DNA of 64,000 nucleotides, from positions 21,886,001 through 21,950,000 of the forward strand of contig NC_073387.1 in NCBI RefSeq assembly GCF_028641065.1. Reading direction: 5' to 3'. Made by a program: the position numbers and the translations under genes. Shown here in pieces: positions 58,303 to 64,000 of the stretch; position 1 is the first letter of the stretch; every line of letters starts with the position of its first letter. The notes under the pieces were generated by a model, which was not told the DNA's origin, did not search any database, and saw nothing but the letters and a program-made list of their open reading frames with translations. The DNA is from Leucoraja erinacea. Its lineage: Eukaryota.

Positions 58303-60078
58303 CGATATTAGGGGACATGATCAATTTTGAAACACATAAATGAATAGTTAACATTATCTTTAAAGATTACAATGTACGATATTTAATTAAAAACACCGTG
58401 TTACACTAACGGAATGTAATGTAATCTATGTAATAAGCGAGTTCGGTATTCCGTCTGCGCATGCCCAGGTCATAGGTCACTAGTTATAAAGTCTCAGCAA
58501 CGGTGGTGCTGCATTGTGTGCAGGCTTACGTTTCGTCCGTGGTCGGGGTCGGGGTGGGGGTCGAGGTGGGGGTGCTCTTTTTGCTGCAGGGCCGTCCTCA
58601 TCACATACCCAGTGTCCCGTCCCTGTCCGGAGGTGTCCGGGGTAGCTTTGGGCTGGCGGGGCGGCCCCTGACTTGCAGCCGCTGGCTTCAGATCGGCTAT
58701 GCGGGGTGGCCGGCAGCCCTCCACCTCCACCCCCCTCCGCTCAGTCTGACACCTAGATCCTGCTGAAGGTGGGCAGCCGCCGGCTGGATGAAGTACCATA
58801 GGGGCAGAGCGCAGCTCGGCCAGGCCGTGGGCGAACTGGCACCATCCAGCCGTCGCTGCGCCCGTCCCCGTCCCCTCCATAGTGTCCGGTCCGGGGTGCG
58901 ACCAGGGACGTCCGTTGCGGCAGGACAGGCAGAATCGAGCTGGGGCCGGCGCCTCCCCTCCGCTGGCTGCGGGCCTGGGCCGACACTCTCGTCCGCGGAC
59001 CTTTGGATAGAAGACCCTCCTTTAGACTCCCTACGCATTAGACCTTTGCGCCGTGGTTGGGATGGATGGGAGCGGGGATGTCCACGGGCGCAAGCAACAA
59101 ATGACTTAACGTTTGCGTTGAGTGAACTGAGTGTTCTTAACCTTCTCGCCGTACACCGGTATTTTGTGAGTGGTTCGATCACAGCTTCAGCTCAACAAAC
59201 GTAGGTTACATTACCTGGACAGGCGGCGGGGGATCTGGAGCTGATATGAGGCATCGGCGATGCTCTGGAATCCTAGTCGGCCGCAGCCAATCAGCTGGGT
59301 CGAGGAGGCAGCGCCCGACCCGGAGAGTAGAGGTGTCAGTTCTACCAGCGTCGAGCGGAGAGGCACCAGCTACCGCGGGCAGCTCACCTGTCGGGCGCTG
59401 ACTCCTCGATTCCGGGATCCAACCACTCTCACAAAATGCCGGTGTACGACAAGGACGGTAAGAACACTCAGTTCACTCAACGCAAACTTTAGGTCAGGTG
59501 TTCCTTGCGACCGCGGAAATCTCCAGCGCAGTCGAGACGAGGTGGTTCTGAAGTTGCATTCTCTCGATTGAGGACATTTTATCGACTCTCCTAGAAGCAG
59601 TGAGCCATTTTTTACCAATGGTTGTCTGTCTAACTGAAACCTCTCTCCCCCACCTCTCACAGTCTCTCCCTGTCTCCCACTCGCATTTGCCTCTTCTCTC
59701 TCGCTGTTGCACCCCGCTCTCCCCACTACCGCGCGTTTTATAAAAAAAATATCGGATGACCTATGACAAATCCAATGATTCCTTGTGTTTTTCGAAATAC
59801 CGAACTGGCTTTTTGCAGTCATTTTCTTAACCGTGTTATTCCCTCTATTGTAGATGATCTCCTTCACATTCGGAGCCGGAATGTGATGTATAAATTTAAC
59901 ACATCTGCAATTATTGGTGATTGCTCGTGATTGAGAGAATGTCCTTTGGGGTCATGCAATGCCATTAACCCGGTTTCCTCATGCACCCGGGGGTGTCCTT
60001 TGGGGTCATGCAAAACAATGCCTTGTTTTTTGTTGGTTTGCAGCATAAAGCATATAGTACACTATGTGTTAACACAGC
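58303..60078. mobile_element. Unclassified GC/CpG-rich element, copy 2
   Basis: Colinear with 35331-37117, including both inverted-repeat pairs. Confidence 0.6.
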
Positions 60079-60412
60079 ATAGATAGAGTTGATATGGAAA
60101 GGATGTTTCCACTGGAGGTAGAGTTTTGTACCAGTGGTCATAGCCTCCGAATTAAAGGGCGCTCTTTTAGAAAGGAGGCGAGGAGGAACTTCTTGAGTCA
60201 GACGGCAGTTAATCTGCGCAACTCATTGCCACAGAGGGCTGTCAGTGGATATTTTTAAGACAGAGATAGATAAATTGTTGATTAGAACGGGTGTCAAGGG
60301 TTATGGGGAGAAGGCAGGAAAATGGGATTAGGAAGCAGAGATCAGCCATGATTGCATGTCGGAGGAGACTCGATGGGCCGACTGGCCTAATTCTACCCCT
60401 ATAACTTGTGAA
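60079..60412 (+). mobile_element. CR1-type LINE 3' end (duplicate of 37118-37451)
   Basis: Near-identical to 37118-37451. Confidence 0.75.
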
Positions 60413-61453
60413 CCAAGCTGCTAATTGCCTTTACTTTCGCTCGTTTTCTCCTCCCTTTCACACGTAATACATTATTCCATTCATACGTGGTCCTCGCCTG
60501 TTCCTTTACTTCCAGACTAAAGTGGTTTCAATTTGTCATCAGTGTGCCACACTGCCCGTTTCGCACATTCGCCCACTTGTGCAGCCCAACATGCTCAGTG
60601 TTTCTAGTCTCACAACACATACCCCCCACCACTTTAACAACTTGTACATTAATTGCAAATGCTGATTTTAACCATTGATAACGTCGCTTTGTCTTTCCTC
60701 TCCACATCAAGATGACAGGGGCTTTCCGATACATCCAAGAATGGTGATTCAGGCATTTTTCCTCAACCCAGGCTATCCTCAACAAAAATGAACTGCATAA
60801 AAAATCCCCTCCTGAACTGAATCCAACCACCACTTGATACTGTTTGCTGTAAGCATCCCCTCGTCTATTTCTACCAACGATGTTCTTCTCCTGAAGTCAC
60901 GAAGGGCTCGACATCAACCGCCATGTGCCTCTCCGCTCTCGTCCCCCCACTCAGATCATTGAGTTCTTCTAGTCAGTAGTGCTCACAATCTCAGCATCTG
61001 CCATCAATTCTCTTTCAGATATAGGAGCTTAATTATTTCCTTCAACTGTTGATTATTGTTATATGTATTTTTGTACCACGAACTAACAACAATTCTTATA
61101 GAACGCGTGGGTACGCAATCAGAAAATTCTTCACCGCAACTTTCCCTTATTAATACGTAGTGGACCCAGATATCCAGACACTTTGCGTAATAAACTAAAT
61201 GGCAACACGTTTATGCACATTATCCAGTGACAGAATGACTGCCTTCAGAAATAAAATATGCAATTTCAAAATGGTTTCATTCCCGTTTCAGGAATTTTTA
61301 TTTTTGACAATTGCACTCCAATTTAAGCAAAAGAGAAAAAACGCAAGAAGGGAATGTTTTCTTCAAATTTCACTCCTATTGATTCACATTACTGGGCAGA
61401 AAGAAAATGGCTGCATAAGAATAGGCATTCCTTAATCTACGTATCAGCGTAAT

Positions 61454-63841
61454 TTAGCATTGGGCTTGAGAGGTGGGTGCGCCACATGGCTTCAAGAAGA
61501 GAAAATCGGTTTTCGCTGACTCTGGAGAAAGACAAACCGAGTATTGATTCGGTTCTTGCACGCGGAGTACCCGGCCCGTCCCAGGATAGCGTAAAGTTTC
61601 CTCCAGAGCAGGTCTTCCACTAAACGTACCATGAGAACCCCCATCATTGTAAGAATAACTAGGCGAGTTATACTCTTGGATACTATGTCTGTCCTGTTTA
61701 CACTTGATACCAATCAATAGAATGATGATCAAAAGAAAGATCACGGAAGTGCAACTGAATATGACGATTAAATAAACGTTTGGATCAGAGAAATATTCTG
61801 GATTCTTCACTAAGGTACTGCTTTCGCTGATTCCTTCAGTGCTGTTCCACAACAATCTAATGTTGATTAGAACTGTGCTGGACAGGCTTGGCTGCCCATT
61901 GTCCTTAACCAAGATGACTAGAGTTTGTAAAGCATTATCTGACTGCAAAATATTGCGCGCTGTTCTGACTTCCCCGGAATGTTGTCCAATGTTATACAAC
62001 CCGGGTGCGGTAGATTTCATCATCTGATAAAAGAGCCGTGCGTTCTGACCAGAATCGGCATCAGTTGCCATTATCTTGGTGACCAAGTACCCTTGACCCG
62101 CTGTCTGGGGCACGACCTCCACTGTTGCTGAGCCAATTTGTTCTGAAGGTGAAACAATTACCGGCGCGTTGTCATTTTGATCCAGGATGATCACATTCAC
62201 CGTGGCGCTGCTGCTCAACGGAGGCACCCCGGCGTCACGGGCTTGAACATGGATTTGGAAGTTCTTGAGTTCCTCATAGTCAAAGGAACGCAGCGCGTAA
62301 ATAGTACCGTTCATTGTGTTAATAGTGAGGTAAGTGGACACTGGCAAGTTTTGGATATGATTATCGAGAAAGGAGTAGGAAACATGGGAATTTAGATCCA
62401 GATCAGGATCCATTGCAGTTACTGTGGAAACGGACGCACCCGCCGCGTTATTTTCCATTACATATACGTTGTAGGATGTCTCACTGAACTGTGGTGCGTT
62501 ATCATTAATGTCCGAAATTGAAATCTCGATGGTTTTATTTGTTGATAGTGACGGTGAACCCAAGTCCCAGGCTGAAACAAGAATGTCATACTCAGAGATG
62601 GCTTCACGATCCAACGTTTCACTGGTAGTTAGTTTATAGTGGTTCGATGTCCTTTGCAGTCGAAATGGGACGTTCTTTTGTATCTCGCAACGCACTTGAC
62701 CGTTCGCTCCTGAATCACGATCCATCACATTAATCAGGGATATGAAACTTCCTGGTGGCGCATTTTCCTGGATTTTGTTGGAAGCTGAAGTTACCTTTAT
62801 CTCAGGTGCATTGTCGTTCACATCAGTGACTTCGATCAGTACATTGGAGTGTCCTGTCATTGCAGGGGAACCGTGGTCCTGGGCTTGAATATCGAGAGAA
62901 TAGCTGTTAACGTCTTCAAAATCTAGTGGCTGTTGGACTCGAATCTCCCCGGTGCCTGGTTCCAAACTGAATACATTTTGCGCTCTTCGCAAAGCAACAT
63001 CACTAAAACGATATGTCAGGACCGCATTCAGTCCTTCGTCCAAATCAATTGCTTTGACTTTCAGCACCAACGTACCCCGCGGCGCGTTCTCACTTACGCT
63101 ACCTCTGTAAATATCATGGTCGAACACAGGTGGATTATCATTGTTATCGAATACAGTAATGAGAATCTGAGCTGTGCCCGATCTCTGAGGGGTCCCGCCG
63201 TCAGTCGCTGTAAGCAAGAGTTGAAATGATGATTGTAGTTCTCGGTCCAAAGATTTCTCCAAGAGCAATTCGACAATTATAATGCCGCTCTCGGTTTTCT
63301 GTGTTCTTAGGCTAAAGTGATCACTCGAACCGATTGTGTAGGCGGCCACGGTATTTGTACCAATGTCGGGATCATCCGCGCTCTCGACTCGGAAACGTGC
63401 ACCAGCAGATGCACTCGCTTCTGACATCTGCAAAGCAATGCTCCTCTGCGGGAAAGTGGGGGAATTGTCATTTACGTCAAGAATCTCCAATTCCCCTTCA
63501 TACACCTCCAAAGGGTTTTCCAGTATTATTTCGAAACGTATAGTACATTGATCATTCTGTCCACAAATACGTTCCCGGTCGATTCTTTCACGAATACTCA
63601 TGATTCCATTGTCCAAACTAACCTTCATGTATCGCCCTCCGCCATCGGAACTCAGTCGGAATTTGCGAGCTGATAATTGATGTACACTCAGGCTCAAATC
63701 CACAGCGATATTCCCAACAAATGCCTCTTCCTCCATTTCCTCGGGAATAGAATAGCGAATTTGCCCGGAGATCAGACCCGGTCGACATATCGCAAATATG
63801 CAAGCAAACACAGTGAAGGCAAACCTCGGTAGATACGCCAT
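61454..63841 (-). CDS. Clustered protocadherin gene G9, intact (795 aa)
   Basis: ORF 61454..63988; the paralog-equivalent ATG is 63841 (MAYLPRF). Six EC repeats, TM, tail ending PTSQAQC*. Its promoter lies beyond the window. Confidence 0.95.
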   Translation of the reverse strand: MAYLPRFAFTVFACIFAICRPGLISGQIRYSIPEEMEEEAFVGNIAVDLSLSVHQLSARKFRLSSDGGGRYMKVSLDNGIMSIRERIDRERICGQNDQCTIRFEIILENPLEVYEGELEILDVNDNSPTFPQRSIALQMSEASASAGARFRVESADDPDIGTNTVAAYTIGSSDHFSLRTQKTESGIIIVELLLEKSLDRELQSSFQLLLTATDGGTPQRSGTAQILITVFDNNDNPPVFDHDIYRGSVSENAPRGTLVLKVKAIDLDEGLNAVLTYRFSDVALRRAQNVFSLEPGTGEIRVQQPLDFEDVNSYSLDIQAQDHGSPAMTGHSNVLIEVTDVNDNAPEIKVTSASNKIQENAPPGSFISLINVMDRDSGANGQVRCEIQKNVPFRLQRTSNHYKLTTSETLDREAISEYDILVSAWDLGSPSLSTNKTIEISISDINDNAPQFSETSYNVYVMENNAAGASVSTVTAMDPDLDLNSHVSYSFLDNHIQNLPVSTYLTINTMNGTIYALRSFDYEELKNFQIHVQARDAGVPPLSSSATVNVIILDQNDNAPVIVSPSEQIGSATVEVVPQTAGQGYLVTKIMATDADSGQNARLFYQMMKSTAPGLYNIGQHSGEVRTARNILQSDNALQTLVILVKDNGQPSLSSTVLINIRLLWNSTEGISESSTLVKNPEYFSDPNVYLIVIFSCTSVIFLLIIILLIGIKCKQDRHSIQEYNSPSYSYNDGGSHGTFSGRPALEETLRYPGTGRVLRVQEPNQYSVCLSPESAKTDFLFLKPCGAPTSQAQC

Positions 63842-64000
63842 TGTTCCGCGCCCCGTCAAAGTCCAAGACCAGGCCTCTCCTCGGTTAATCCGTGCAAATG
63901 TTCCACGCACCAGATACAAAATCTTATATATTTCCAATCTCCAATCTAAACAGACGGGAAATGTATCCTCCTCAGCTTGTTTCGGCAATCGAAACGCAGG

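Larger units (their letters stand above)
42550..64000. repeat. Segmental duplication, copy 2 (G7-spacer-G8-F2-spacer-G9)
   Basis: Colinear with ~21050-41115; differs by copy-specific insertions and deletions. Confidence 0.85.

Noticed and set aside
904-63551. Many recurring short plus-strand ORFs overlapping the Pcdh genes
   Set aside because: Antisense shadows of conserved coding sequence; they recur only because the genes are paralogs.
1-64000. CRISPR array, prokaryotic systems, or Pcdh constant exons
   Set aside because: Vertebrate DNA with no repeat-spacer array. I recognised no small exon with constant-domain motifs, though short exons could be missed by eye.

Overview
Eukaryotic genomic DNA. 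The repeat families point to a cartilaginous fish, probably a skate or ray (inference). The window is part of a tandem clustered-protocadherin (Pcdh) array on the minus strand: nine ~2.4-kb large-exon genes (labelled G1-G9 here) and two 3'-only gene relics (F1, F2). The genes encode a signal peptide, six cadherin repeats, a TM segment and a short cytoplasmic tail ending CLSPESAK(S/T)DFLFLKP (G1 is cut by the window edge at the start of the TM). G2, G5, G6, G8 and G9 are intact. G3 and G4 each carry one 1-bp indel, and G7 carries several. Most genes have a CGCT-core conserved sequence element (CSE, a CTCF-type site) about 230-290 bp upstream. The CSE is cleanly deleted at G7 and replaced by a Penelope relic at G6. 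Every gene whose 3' end is in the window stops inside the exon and has AATAAA about 150-190 nt downstream, which suggests stand-alone, Pcdh-beta-like transcripts. No constant exon was recognised in the window. The array grew by whole-unit and ~21-kb segmental duplication, with patchwork exchange between paralogs. The spacers hold Penelope-like, CR1-like and Rex1/Babar-like retroelement fragments, a 7-bp-TSD DNA transposon, and an unclassified GC-rich element with nested inverted repeats. All calls were made by eye, without database searches.
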